Shown: positions 31,762 through 42,257, counted from the stretch's first letter. The stretch: DNA of 55,331 nucleotides from Flexibacter sp. CG_4_10_14_3_um_filter_32_15 (GCA_002784125.1 PFKD01000192.1:1-55331); one strand, 5' to 3'. Notes: generated by a model from the sequence alone, not told the origin. A program made the numbers and translations.

Positions 31762-33504
31762 TTATAGAATTCCCAAAATATCTTTAAAACTTACCCAAGC
31801 TATGTTACACCAATTTATAATATTGTATGGAAAAGGTAGTTTTCCATCTTTTCCTACTTTCCAAGGAAGTCCTTTTCGAAAACGAGTAAGGTCATACCAA
31901 CGATAAACGTGTAAAATATCTGGCTCATGTAAATCCCAAATTTCACAATACTTACCAGAATAATTTTCATAATTTAGAATGGCATTGACAGCTCTTCGTG
32001 CAGCCTCATTTGCTCCTTCCATCGTTGCAAGGTCTGTATTTGTCCTTACATAATCCGAAGCTAAGAAAAAATTAGGAATATTAGTATAAGCATTTGGGCG
32101 AAATGTCCACGTATTTATTTTATTTACAAGCAAAGGTTCTTCATTTGTTGTTGCCATATTTTTCTGAAAACCAATATCTCTATCAAGATAATAATCTTCA
32201 AGCATATCATCGGTCAAAACTACTTGTCCATCTACATTAAGACTGCGTTTGAGTTCTGCCCAAACTTCATCTTTTACTTCATCTTTAGAAGTACATTGAC
32301 TTGCTTGTTTGCCATTCAGTCCTTCTGTAAACCAATCTGAAATATCTACTGAAAAAACACCTCTTATTTTTCCATTTCCTCTATCTTCAATAGTATAATT
32401 TGTCCAAAATTGAAGTTGCGAAATAGAAGTCAATGCCCAAGGTGAATCTGTATAAATAGTATGTCCTTTATTAAGTTTTACGTCCTTATTTAAATAAAAT
32501 TGAATTCCTGTCATCCAAGAAACATCATTTGTAAGGTTTTGAATACCTTTTAAAACAGGGTCTGCATCTAGTATTTCTTTTGTCAGAAGCTCGTTCATTC
32601 GTTCGACAGGCACACAAGAAATAAAATAATCTGCTAAAACCTGTTTTTCATTTCCTTCTTTGTCTTTTACAGTAGCCGAGCTTATTTTTCCATTTACACA
32701 CGAAATATGAGTTACTTCATGATGATGAAAATAAGTTACTCCTTTTTCTAATAAATAATCTCTCCAAGGATAAAGCCACGCTTCATTAGTGGGTTTATTC
32801 AAAACTCTATCAGCATGTGTCTTTGGGCTTCCCATTAAAAATAAAAGTTGTAACAAAATATCTCCACCTGTTTTTGTACTTACCTCTTTGGCTTTAGCAG
32901 CTACCAAAGTGCGTGTAAGCCCCCCTACAAAATAAGTTTGGTAGGCTTCACTTTTATTATCAGCATCTGTATATTCCCACCAAGAAATGCGTTCATACTC
33001 ACTTTTTCGTCTTTGATAAGAACTTGTAGCCAGTGTCCATAATTTTTGAGCAAAAAATTCAGCATCTTCATGGGTAAGTCCTGTAACTTGTGGAGCTTCT
33101 ACAAAATCGCTCAGAATTATTTTCAAATCTTTAAGAGATTTTGGAAAATTGACAAGGGTAACCAAAGGAGGTTTATCAAAACTAGCCATCATAGCCGTTT
33201 CTGAAAAAACTAAATTATCAAAACACGTTTTTTTACTTCCATCTGAATCTATGAAAGGCGTTCTTTGCATAGTATCAACAATATGACGATAAAATCCAGG
33301 AAAAAAACGGAAACCATGTTCGCCAGGAAGAGGTTTTAGATAAGGGTCTTGTGCTTCTCCAAAATAATCCACACTACGAGCCTTTCCACCTACATAATGA
33401 GGTTGTTTTTCATAGACTTCTACTTCAAAACCTCGTTCAATAAGTTCGTGCGCTGCACTCATTCCAGCAACACCACCTCCTAAAATTGCTACCTTTTTAG
33501 TCAT
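31762..33504 (-). CDS. FAD-dependent oxidoreductase, carotenoid desaturase/HpnE-like
   Basis: GGGVAG Rossmann motif, GGKARS, EHGFRFFPGFY, ASDY...ATMEGA. Confidence 0.8.
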   Translation of the reverse strand: MTKKVAILGGGVAGMSAAHELIERGFEVEVYEKQPHYVGGKARSVDYFGEAQDPYLKPLPGEHGFRFFPGFYRHIVDTMQRTPFIDSDGSKKTCFDNLVFSETAMMASFDKPPLVTLVNFPKSLKDLKIILSDFVEAPQVTGLTHEDAEFFAQKLWTLATSSYQRRKSEYERISWWEYTDADNKSEAYQTYFVGGLTRTLVAAKAKEVSTKTGGDILLQLLFLMGSPKTHADRVLNKPTNEAWLYPWRDYLLEKGVTYFHHHEVTHISCVNGKISSATVKDKEGNEKQVLADYFISCVPVERMNELLTKEILDADPVLKGIQNLTNDVSWMTGIQFYLNKDVKLNKGHTIYTDSPWALTSISQLQFWTNYTIEDRGNGKIRGVFSVDISDWFTEGLNGKQASQCTSKDEVKDEVWAELKRSLNVDGQVVLTDDMLEDYYLDRDIGFQKNMATTNEEPLLVNKINTWTFRPNAYTNIPNFFLASDYVRTNTDLATMEGANEAARRAVNAILNYENYSGKYCEIWDLHEPDILHVYRWYDLTRFRKGLPWKVGKDGKLPFPYNIINWCNIAWVSFKDILGIL

Positions 33505-33744
33505 GTGTTAAAAATTATTTTGAATTATAGTTAAGTTGTAATTCACATTGTAAGAAAGTGAAATCATTTAAAAAAAGCAAGTGTATTTATCGAAATAATG
33601 ATATTGTTTTGCAACTGATGATACCAAAATCACATTCTTCTAATTGTAATCTCATAATTTCAAGTATCATTTTTCTCTATTTTGATAAGAAATCTGTATT
33701 TTTGATAAACTATTTAAAATCATTGATTTATATTTTTAGCAAAA

Positions 33745-34743
33745 ATGAAAAAAATATTCTCCTCTCTTATTTTCTCTCTCATTCTTTCTGTTTTTTGCAT
33801 AAGCAATGCCTATTCGTGGGGATTTTATGGTCATCGTATTATTAATAGAATGGCAGTTTATACACTTCCACCCGAAATGTTTGGGTTTTATAAGGCTCAT
33901 ATTCAATACATTACCGAAAATGCTGTCAATCCAGACCGTCGTAGGTATGCTGTTGAGGGAGAAGCTCCTCGTCATTATTTGGATATGGATATTTATGGAG
34001 ATAGTGCTTGGCTCAAAATTCCTCATCGTTGGAAAGATGCTGTTGCAAAATATTCAGAAGATACATTGATGGCGTATGGAATTGTTCCTTGGGCAGTAGA
34101 ACAGTTTCGTTGGAAACTCACAAATGCCATGGAACGAGGAGATGCAGAAGCAATTATTCGCATTTCGGCAGATTTGGGACACTACATTGGAGATTCGCAC
34201 GTTCCACTTCATAGCACCGAAAATTATAATGGACAACTTACTGGACAGTATGGAATTCATGGTTTTTGGGAATCTCGTTTGCCAGAACTCTATGCTTTAC
34301 AATATGATTTTTTTGTCGGAAAAGCAGAATATATCGAAAATACACAAGAAAGAGCTTGGGAGGCTATCATCGGTTCGCATATTGCGTTAGATTCTGTTCT
34401 TCGTTTTGAAAAACAACTCACTCAGCAAATGGGCGACGACCAAAAATGGAGTTATGAAACTCGTGGCAAAACCACTCAAAAACTCTATTCAAGACCTTTC
34501 TCAAAAGCCTACCACGATATACTAAACGGACAAGTAGAACGAAGAATGAAGCAATCTATCAAAACAGTAGGCGATTTTTGGCTTACCTGTTGGATAGATG
34601 CAGGACAACCTGATTTGAACAAACTTTTACTTTCTGCTGAAGCACAAGAAAAACTAGAAAACGAAATGAAAGAATTAGAACCTTCTGAAGGACAAGCTGC
34701 ACCGACTTTGCCTCAAAAACCGAGAGAACATGAAGGAAAATAG
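33745..34743 (+). CDS. S1/P1 nuclease / zinc-dependent phospholipase C family protein
   Basis: Signal peptide then WGFYGH; NPD; HYIGDSHVPLH; HGFWE. Confidence 0.85.
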   Translation: MKKIFSSLIFSLILSVFCISNAYSWGFYGHRIINRMAVYTLPPEMFGFYKAHIQYITENAVNPDRRRYAVEGEAPRHYLDMDIYGDSAWLKIPHRWKDAVAKYSEDTLMAYGIVPWAVEQFRWKLTNAMERGDAEAIIRISADLGHYIGDSHVPLHSTENYNGQLTGQYGIHGFWESRLPELYALQYDFFVGKAEYIENTQERAWEAIIGSHIALDSVLRFEKQLTQQMGDDQKWSYETRGKTTQKLYSRPFSKAYHDILNGQVERRMKQSIKTVGDFWLTCWIDAGQPDLNKLLLSAEAQEKLENEMKELEPSEGQAAPTLPQKPREHEGK

Positions 34744-34875
34744 TCTGTTTTATTTTATTTTATGTTAAAGCATTCACAATTTTATCTAAAAGCGATTTTT
34801 TAATAAATTCAAAGTGGGTTATTTTTCGTTATTTTGTAAATTAATTTTCAATACTAATTCATAATTCTACCTGTA

Positions 34876-35568
34876 ATGAATAGGCTATTTTCTTTATCAC
34901 CAATTAATCAAAAAATAATAGTACCAGTTTTTTTCTGTGTCTTTTGTTTATTTATAAGTGGTTCTAGCTTCGGACAAGATACAAAAATAGATTCTTTAAC
35001 TATTCAAAAAGTTGATTCTGTTTCACAAATAATCATCAAAGAAACTGTAAAAGATTCTACCAAAATAGCCAAAAAACTAGATGTAGAATTAGAACCCAAA
35101 TTCAAACTTCGTCCTCCTGCTCGTGCTGCTCTGCTTTCGGCTGTGCTACCAGGAGCTGGGCAATATTACAACAAAAAAGCGTGGGCTATAAAAGTACCTG
35201 CTATTTATGCTTTACTTGCTGTTCCTGCGTATCTTTCTATTAACAATCATGCAAATTATCGTATTTACAGAGAGAATTATTTGTACCTAAAAGATGAAAA
35301 TCCAGCTACAAAACCAGACCCTTCTTTCGAAACTCGCTCGGCAGACCAAGTACAACGTCAGCGTGATAGTTATCGTAGAGATAGAGATTTTTATATGATT
35401 ATCACAGGTCTTTTTTATTTATTGAATATTGGAGAGGCTACCACAACAGCGCATTTCAATAATTTTGATATTGATGATGATATTTCTTTTAAGTTCAAAC
35501 CTCAAATGGAAAGTGTAGGAACAAATGGAAATACGTTAGGTGGAGTTTCTTTAGTAATGACTTTTTAG
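34876..35568 (+). CDS. DUF5683 domain protein
   Basis: AALLSAVLPGAGQYYNKK, RRDRD; lies upstream of dapB. Confidence 0.8.
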   Translation: MNRLFSLSPINQKIIVPVFFCVFCLFISGSSFGQDTKIDSLTIQKVDSVSQIIIKETVKDSTKIAKKLDVELEPKFKLRPPARAALLSAVLPGAGQYYNKKAWAIKVPAIYALLAVPAYLSINNHANYRIYRENYLYLKDENPATKPDPSFETRSADQVQRQRDSYRRDRDFYMIITGLFYLLNIGEATTTAHFNNFDIDDDISFKFKPQMESVGTNGNTLGGVSLVMTF

Positions 35569-35647
35569 GGAATATAGGAATTGGGAAATGGGAAATGGGG
35601 GCGAGGGAATAGGGACGAGAGGCGAGAAATTAGGGAATAAAAAATTA

Positions 35648-36230
35648 GGCTCTTAATAGGTTTTGGACTGATAGTAATAAAAACTTGATTAATTCATAGG
35701 GTAAACGCACGAAACTTTTTATACTGCTTTTAGTGTGTTTAAACAGACTTTAATTATCAGAGTAAATTCAATTTACAAAGTTAAAAACTAGCTTGATTTG
35801 CTTTAAACGAGTACAATTTTTTTTTCGTGCGTTTACCCTAATTAATTCATTTATTAGCAAAATATTAGTTCGTTTTTTCCATAGCTTAGGGTTTGCAAAC
35901 CCTACTGTTTTGTTTACCCACATGTTTTTTGTAAAACAAAAAATAGTGAATTTTGAATAAAAATGCTGTATTTGTAGGGAAAAGACATGTCTTTTCCTGT
36001 ATTTGCATTTTATGTTTTATCTAAATACACAATATGTTTAGGAAAAGGCATGCCTTTTCCCTACTCAATTTCAATATTTTGACTATTTTACTTTAAAAAA
36101 AAATTATTTTAGATATGGGTAAACAGTAGGGTTTGCAAACCCTGAGCTATGGAAAAAATAACACTTTTACAGAATAAAATTTGGTAAGTACAAAACTTGC
36201 TTATTATCAGTCCAATATCAGATAAGAGCC
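35648..36230. mobile_element. Nested composite of non-autonomous inverted-repeat elements
   Basis: Outer IR 35648-35677/36201-36230; inner IR 35874-35910/36121-36157; innermost REP pair 35974-35997/36040-36064. Confidence 0.7.
35697..35840. mobile_element. 144-bp MITE with 18-bp TIR TAGGGTAAACGCACGAAA and 9-bp TSD ATTAATTCA
   Basis: Perfect TIRs; direct repeats at 35688-35696 and 35841-35849; second copy starts at 55255. Confidence 0.85.
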
Positions 36231-36290
36231 AAAAATTATAAAAAATAAAATTTACAAACTCAAAGTTATCACGAATTAGTTATTTGAAAT

Positions 36291-36325
36291 TAACTGATTA
36301 CTGGTAACTGATAATTGCTAACTGA
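36291..36325 (+). repeat. Heptamer array (TWACTGR-like) upstream of dapB
   Basis: taactga ttactgg taactga taattgc taactga. Confidence 0.65.
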
Positions 36326-36329
36326 AAAA

Positions 36330-37082
36330 ATGAAGATTGCATTAGTAGGCTACGGAAAAATGGGAAAGGAAATTGAAAAAATTGCGCTTCAAAAAGGGCA
36401 TACTATTTCTTTCCGAATCTCTAAAGAAAATAAAGAAGAATTACAAAAATTGAATACTGAAAATACAGATGTTCTCATTGAATTTACTTCGCCTGAAAGT
36501 GCCTTTGAGAATGTCAAATTTTGCTTAGAAAAAGGCGTTTCGGTCGTTTGTGGTTCGACAGGTTGGAATGAAAAGAAAAAAGAAATTGAAAAGTTAATTG
36601 CTACCAAAAACAAACAAAATCAAAACTTAGCTTTCTTTTGGGCTTCTAATTTTAGTGTTGGATTGAATATTTTTTTAGAAATAAATAAATATGCAGCCAA
36701 ATTGATGCAAAATTATTCTTCTTACGATGTAGAAATTACAGAAATTCATCACAAAGAAAAGAAAGATGCGCCAAGTGGAACAGCTATTACATTAGCAGAA
36801 ACGATTTTGGAAAATTACGATTCAAAACAAGAATGGCAATTAGCAGAAAATAATACGGCTAAAAATTCTATAAATCCAACTACTATTCCTATTTTTGCAT
36901 TACGAGAAGAAGATGTAAAAGGAACACATACTACTACTTATTCTTCAAGTGTAGATGATATTTCGCTTACTCATAAAGCACATTCAAGAGAAGGGTTTGC
37001 AAAAGGAGCTGTTTTGGCAGCCGAATTTTTGAAAGGTAAAAAAGGTATTTTTGGAATGACTGATTTATTAAAAACTGAATAA
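36330..37082 (+). CDS. dapB: 4-hydroxy-tetrahydrodipicolinate reductase
   Basis: GYGKMG, GSTGW, EIHHKEKKDAPSGTA. Confidence 0.95.
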   Translation: MKIALVGYGKMGKEIEKIALQKGHTISFRISKENKEELQKLNTENTDVLIEFTSPESAFENVKFCLEKGVSVVCGSTGWNEKKKEIEKLIATKNKQNQNLAFFWASNFSVGLNIFLEINKYAAKLMQNYSSYDVEITEIHHKEKKDAPSGTAITLAETILENYDSKQEWQLAENNTAKNSINPTTIPIFALREEDVKGTHTTTYSSSVDDISLTHKAHSREGFAKGAVLAAEFLKGKKGIFGMTDLLKTE

Positions 37083-37246
37083 CATGAGCAGTTTATTCAG
37101 AAAAATTAATGTAATAATTACTCTTTCTTAACTACTTATATGTATCTAATCCTTTCAAAGTTTCGTTTTTAGAAAAATATATCACAGAACTTCCAATCTG
37201 TTCAAAACTAACAAAGACACAAATTATTACAATTAATAAATAGATT

Positions 37247-38524
37247 ATGGCATTTTTCAAAAAAAAGCAAGTAGAAGAAGAAAATAAAGATAAAACTCCT
37301 AAAAAGAAAAAAAGTGTAGCCAGAGAATGGTTTGATTCCATTCTTTTTGCCGTCATTGCAGCAAGTTTGATTCGTTGGCTTTTGTTTGAGCCGTTTCAAA
37401 TTCCGACCTCTTCGATGGAAAACTCACTTTTAGTAGGTGATTTTTTGTTTGTAAGTAAGATTCATTACGGAGCAAGAACGACCAAAACGCCTCTTCAAAT
37501 TCCTCTTACACACCAAACTATTTGGGGAACAGACTCTACAAAATCATATTTAGATTGGATTCAGTTACCTCAATTTCGTTTACCTGGATTTTCGGATATT
37601 GAAAGAAATGATGTAATTGTTTTTAATTATCCAGCCGAAGAGCAACACCCAAGCGACCTTCGTACTAACTATATCAAACGTTGTGTAGCTATTGCAGGCG
37701 ATGAATTCGAAATTAAAGACCGAGTAGTTTATGTAAATGGAAATGCAATGGAATTTCCACAGCAATCGCAGCACAAATACATGGTTATTACTTCAGAGCT
37801 TTTAGAAAAAGATACATTTTATAAGCTCGGAATTCCTATAGATAATCAAACTGGAGCCGTACAACCTACTCCTTATAATTATGATAAATATCAAGATTTG
37901 AGAGGTACTATGAATATGCTTATTGAAAACGGTAGTACTACTTTTGAAGGCGTAGAGAAATACAAAGAACAAGATGTATATGTTTATATTATGGATTTGA
38001 GTCAAGAAGAAGTAGATAAATTAAAGGATTATCCCAAATTATTTTTAGACGTGATTGTAAGTGTAGATGCTCAAGATAATTTATTCCCTTCTAGTAGAAA
38101 TTATCTTAATTGGGATATGGCAAAAGCAGGAGTAAATGATTCTGAATTTGATTGGAAATTAGATAACTTTGGAACTTTGAAAGTTCCAAATGAAGGTTGG
38201 AAAATGCTTGTAACGCCTAAAAATTTGGCTCTTTATGGAAAATACATTAAAGATTATGAAGGAAATGATAATGTAGAAATCTCTAATGGAACACTCAAAA
38301 TGGGTGGAAATCAGCTTTCTGAATATACATTTAAGCAAAATTATTATTTTATGATGGGTGATAATCGTCATTCATCTGCTGATTCTCGTTTTTGGGGGTT
38401 TGTTCCTGAAGACCATATTGTAGGAAAAGCAACAATGGTATTTATGTCTATTGATCCAGACTATGAAAAAGGTGGGTTCTTTAGTCGTATGCGTTGGGAT
38501 AGAGCCTTTACAATTATAGAGTAA
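37247..38524 (+). CDS. lepB: Signal peptidase I
   Basis: PTSSME (catalytic Ser), YIKRC (Lys), GDNRHSSADSRFWG. Confidence 0.95.
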   Translation: MAFFKKKQVEEENKDKTPKKKKSVAREWFDSILFAVIAASLIRWLLFEPFQIPTSSMENSLLVGDFLFVSKIHYGARTTKTPLQIPLTHQTIWGTDSTKSYLDWIQLPQFRLPGFSDIERNDVIVFNYPAEEQHPSDLRTNYIKRCVAIAGDEFEIKDRVVYVNGNAMEFPQQSQHKYMVITSELLEKDTFYKLGIPIDNQTGAVQPTPYNYDKYQDLRGTMNMLIENGSTTFEGVEKYKEQDVYVYIMDLSQEEVDKLKDYPKLFLDVIVSVDAQDNLFPSSRNYLNWDMAKAGVNDSEFDWKLDNFGTLKVPNEGWKMLVTPKNLALYGKYIKDYEGNDNVEISNGTLKMGGNQLSEYTFKQNYYFMMGDNRHSSADSRFWGFVPEDHIVGKATMVFMSIDPDYEKGGFFSRMRWDRAFTIIE

Positions 38525-38531
38525 ATCTTTA

Positions 38532-38769
38532 CAGTTACCAGTAAATAGTTAGCAGTAATCAGTTAAATGCAAATAGTATTGTATAAATAAACTTTGATTT
38601 TGGTTATGTCTATTGCTAATTATTGCTAATTATTTATTGAATAAATGTAAATACTAAGGAAATATTTTTTAAAACATAAACAGTAACTTTATCTAAATTA
38701 AAATTCCTTTCGCAGAAATGCAATGAATTGAAATTAACTGGTAACTGATTACTGATTACTGATTACTGA
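38532..38769. repeat. Inverted heptamer arrays (CAGTWAW-like x5 / TWACTGR x5)
   Basis: Arrays at 38532-38566 and 38735-38769. Confidence 0.7.
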
Positions 38770-38771
38770 AA

Positions 38772-39653
38772 ATGAAAGGAATTATTTTAGCTGGAGGCTC
38801 TGGAACTCGTTTGCACCCTCTGACACTTGTAATGAGTAAACAACTTTTACCTGTCTATGACAAGCCGATGATTTATTATCCTCTTTCGGTTTTGATGCAA
38901 GCAGGAATTAAGGATATTTTGATAATCACAACTCCTCATGACAATCCAAATTTTGTCAATCTTTTGGCAGATGGTTCGCAGTTTGGTTGTAACTTCGAAT
39001 ATGCCATTCAAGAAGTACCAAACGGACTAGCACAGGCATTTGTGATTGGAGAAGAGTTTATTGGCGATGATAGCGTTGCGCTTATTTTGGGAGATAATAT
39101 TTTCTATGGTACAGGCTTACAAGAAACACTCAAAAAGAGCCAAAAACCAACTGGAGGAATTGTTTTTGCCTATCACGTAGCCGACCCAAAACGCTATGGA
39201 GTAGTAGAGTTTGACAAAGATAAAAAAGCGATTTCTATTGAAGAAAAACCTTTAAAGCCAAAATCAAATTTTGCAGTACCAGGGCTTTATTTTTATGATA
39301 ATGAGGTCATAGAAATTGCCAAAACATTAAAACCTTCTGCACGAGGAGAATACGAAATTACGGACATCAACAAGTATTATTTAGAAAAAGGCAAACTCTC
39401 TGTTGAGATAATGGACAGAGGAACGGCTTGGCTAGATACAGGAACTTTTCATTCCTTGATGCAAGCAGGACAGTTTGTCGAAGTCATTGAAGCAAGACAA
39501 GATTTAAAAATTGGTTGTATCGAAGAAATTGCTTATAAAGAAGGATTTATTTCTGCTGAAAAGTTAGAAGAACTTGCCAAACCATTGGTAAAAAGTGGTT
39601 ATGGTTCGTATCTTTTGAAGATTTTGGCGCAAGAAAAGGAATTTGGCAAGTAA
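38772..39653 (+). CDS. rfbA: Glucose-1-phosphate thymidylyltransferase
   Basis: [43 protein letters not shown]. Confidence 0.96.
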   Translation: MKGIILAGGSGTRLHPLTLVMSKQLLPVYDKPMIYYPLSVLMQAGIKDILIITTPHDNPNFVNLLADGSQFGCNFEYAIQEVPNGLAQAFVIGEEFIGDDSVALILGDNIFYGTGLQETLKKSQKPTGGIVFAYHVADPKRYGVVEFDKDKKAISIEEKPLKPKSNFAVPGLYFYDNEVIEIAKTLKPSARGEYEITDINKYYLEKGKLSVEIMDRGTAWLDTGTFHSLMQAGQFVEVIEARQDLKIGCIEEIAYKEGFISAEKLEELAKPLVKSGYGSYLLKILAQEKEFGK

Positions 39654-39669
39654 ATTTATATGTAACTGA

Positions 39670-39811
39670 TTAGCAAGGGATTTATATGATCTTTAAGATT
39701 AAATACAAAATAAATGCAAAGACAAAAGATAAATATTACTTTTTTATACTAATTTAATTCTCATTGTATTATCCTGTAATTATCATAGTAATCATATAAA
39801 TCACTCGCTAA
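39670..39811. mobile_element. MITE-like element with 21-bp imperfect TIRs
   Basis: TTAGCAAGGGATTTATATGAT / ATCATATAAATCACTCGCTAA (2 mismatches). Confidence 0.5.
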
Positions 39812-39860
39812 TTCATTTGTGATTTGTATTTAACTTTACTCAACCACTTATAACTATTTC

Positions 39861-42146
39861 CTAGATTTCAATTCCAATTACAGTAATATCATCTCGTTGT
39901 GGTGTGTCCTGTTGGTGCGAATCAAGCATTTGCATAAGCTCAACATACTGCTCTTCCATTGGTAAATGAAGAATTTCTTGTAGTGTTTCTTCAAATTTTA
40001 CTGAACCTATTTTTTTTCCTTCTGCATTGGGTTGGTCTATCAATCCATCACTTGTGAGATAGATTTTTGCGCCTTTTTGTAGTTTTATTTTTTCACAAAC
40101 AAAAGGTTTTTCTTTCTTTTTTATTCCTCCGATAGATTTTCGTGTTCCTGATAGAGTTTGTAATTTGATTTCTTTATCTGTTCCTTCTGCTTTATTTTCA
40201 GCATAATATAAAGGACGTTTTGCACCTGTAAAATACACATTTCTTTCTGTTTCGTTTGTTTCTTCTACAATACAGAGAGCGACATCCATTCCATCAGCAT
40301 TTGCTTTTTCGTCTTGGCGCAATGCTTTTTTTATTTTTTGATGTAATGATTCTAATATTTTATCTGAGTCATACGTGTTTTTTAGGTGTACGATTTCATT
40401 GAGTAAAATAATTCCAATTACAGACATAAATGCCCCCGGAACGCCATGTCCTGTACAATCTACGGCCGCAATAATTTTTTTTGTAACATCTCCCCTCTGA
40501 ATTTCGATAGGCGAACGACGAGGAATAATGGAAGGAGCAGCCGTTTGGATAGTTGCTGTCCAATAAAAATCGCCACTTACAATATCTTTAGGACGAAAAA
40601 TAACAAAATGCTTTTCGAAGGTTTGGTGTAGTGTTTCTTGAGAAGGTAAAATGGCTTGTTGAATTTTTTCGGCATACCGAATCGAATCTGTCATCTGTTT
40701 ATGTTGATGCGAAATTTCATCAGATTGTAACTGAATTTGTTCGCTTTGGCTCAAAATTTCTATTTGAGTTTCTTCTAATAAGATTGTTTTTTCTGTCAAA
40801 TCATTGGTTCTTTGAATTACTTTTTCTTCTAATTCTTTATTTTTTGCTTCAATGAGAGCTTGTTTTTCTCTTTCCTGTTGGAGTTTGTTATGAATAAGTT
40901 GCTTTCTAGTTTGATTAAAAGTAGCAGCTAATCCATACGAAAAAAGAGCCATTTGAAGTGTAATACTTGCCAAAACAATGGTTTCCAAATACCTAGTGGC
41001 TTCAATAATGAGTAATAATTCTAAAGAATAAATGCTAATTGCAATTACAAAAAAAGAATTTCCAAATAGAAAATACTTGACGTTTTTGTGTCCTTCATAA
41101 TAGCTTTTAATACCTGCAAAAAGTAATGCAATCAATGAAAGAGGTAAAATAATCGTTGTCAGAACTCTTCCTAAATGCCAAAAACGCAAGAAATAAAGAA
41201 GTGTAATTCCTAAGGTTACATAGACTAAAATCTGAATAAAACGATGCCAACGAGGAGCAAAAATAATAGTTTTGAGATGGTCTTTAGCAAACATAAGCAG
41301 CGCAAAAACAGACAAAATCCCACTAAAAAGTCGTATTCCAACATCAAGGCGAGGATATTCCATCAAAAAAAGTTCGCCAAGTTGTCCAATATTACTAAAA
41401 ATATAGGTAAAAATCAGAAAATTATAAAGGACATAAAAAATATACTGTCTATCTCTGAGCGCAATAAAAACGAGTAAATTATAAATAAGCATTACCCAAA
41501 TAGCACCATAAAAAAAGTTATGAAAACTACGTGCTGTCAAAAATTCGGCTTCATAACCATCTGATGTATAAGCTGTAAACCAACGACGCAAAGAGTAGCG
41601 AGTATCTTGTGCTGATAATTTGGTACTGCTATGCAAACGAAAAAAAAACGTTTTTGTAGTCTGTGCAGGAATCTCCAAAACAGAAACCGAAATACCACCT
41701 CTTTTAATGCCTCGCTCCGAACGAGGAAGCAAAGACCCTCCCAACTGTTTAGAAAAAAGACCTTCTGCTTCTTCTATAAAAAGCGTTACCGAATCTATAA
41801 AACCAGTCGGAACAAGCAGTTTGTGAGTAGAAAAATGAGGATTTTTGATGCTCAAACGCAGCCAGTAGGTAGCCACATCTTCTGAAATATCATGTAATTG
41901 ATAGGGCGAAAAAGTATAAGGATTCAGAGCCTTAAACGTATAACTATTATCTCTATCCTTAAAAACATCAAAATATTTATCTAATTCGTATTTTTCTTTC
42001 AATGAATCCAAGACTAATAAACGGTCGGTATTTATATTTTTTGTGAAAGGTTGTGCAGTAGATAAATTAGAAAAAATAAAATTGCATAGCAAAAACACTC
42101 CAAAAAGGATAGTTTTTGAAAATCTATTGATTTTTATTCTTTTCAT
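39861..42146 (-). CDS. 7TM-DISM sensor fused to SpoIIE/PP2C phosphatase
   Basis: YWLRL extracellular DISM domain, 7 TM, coiled coil, DCTGHGVPGAFMS, QRDDIT. Confidence 0.88.
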   Translation of the reverse strand: MKRIKINRFSKTILFGVFLLCNFIFSNLSTAQPFTKNINTDRLLVLDSLKEKYELDKYFDVFKDRDNSYTFKALNPYTFSPYQLHDISEDVATYWLRLSIKNPHFSTHKLLVPTGFIDSVTLFIEEAEGLFSKQLGGSLLPRSERGIKRGGISVSVLEIPAQTTKTFFFRLHSSTKLSAQDTRYSLRRWFTAYTSDGYEAEFLTARSFHNFFYGAIWVMLIYNLLVFIALRDRQYIFYVLYNFLIFTYIFSNIGQLGELFLMEYPRLDVGIRLFSGILSVFALLMFAKDHLKTIIFAPRWHRFIQILVYVTLGITLLYFLRFWHLGRVLTTIILPLSLIALLFAGIKSYYEGHKNVKYFLFGNSFFVIAISIYSLELLLIIEATRYLETIVLASITLQMALFSYGLAATFNQTRKQLIHNKLQQEREKQALIEAKNKELEEKVIQRTNDLTEKTILLEETQIEILSQSEQIQLQSDEISHQHKQMTDSIRYAEKIQQAILPSQETLHQTFEKHFVIFRPKDIVSGDFYWTATIQTAAPSIIPRRSPIEIQRGDVTKKIIAAVDCTGHGVPGAFMSVIGIILLNEIVHLKNTYDSDKILESLHQKIKKALRQDEKANADGMDVALCIVEETNETERNVYFTGAKRPLYYAENKAEGTDKEIKLQTLSGTRKSIGGIKKKEKPFVCEKIKLQKGAKIYLTSDGLIDQPNAEGKKIGSVKFEETLQEILHLPMEEQYVELMQMLDSHQQDTPQRDDITVIGIEI

Positions 42147-42257
42147 GCTTAATAAAGGGAATATTTTGTTCTTCTATGCAAATTACATGATTGTTGGTTA
42201 AGATTGCAACTTATTTTGAGATTGTTGATGATTGTTTTGGTATTAGAGAGAAAGATT

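Noticed and set aside
35566-38769. CRISPR array in the repeat-rich spacers
   Set aside because: Repeats are 7-mers or inverted pairs with no regular repeat-spacer period; no cas genes
14990-42146. Three SpoIIE phosphatases as one signalling system
   Set aside because: They are unlinked, and expansion of this family is common in Cytophagales-type genomes
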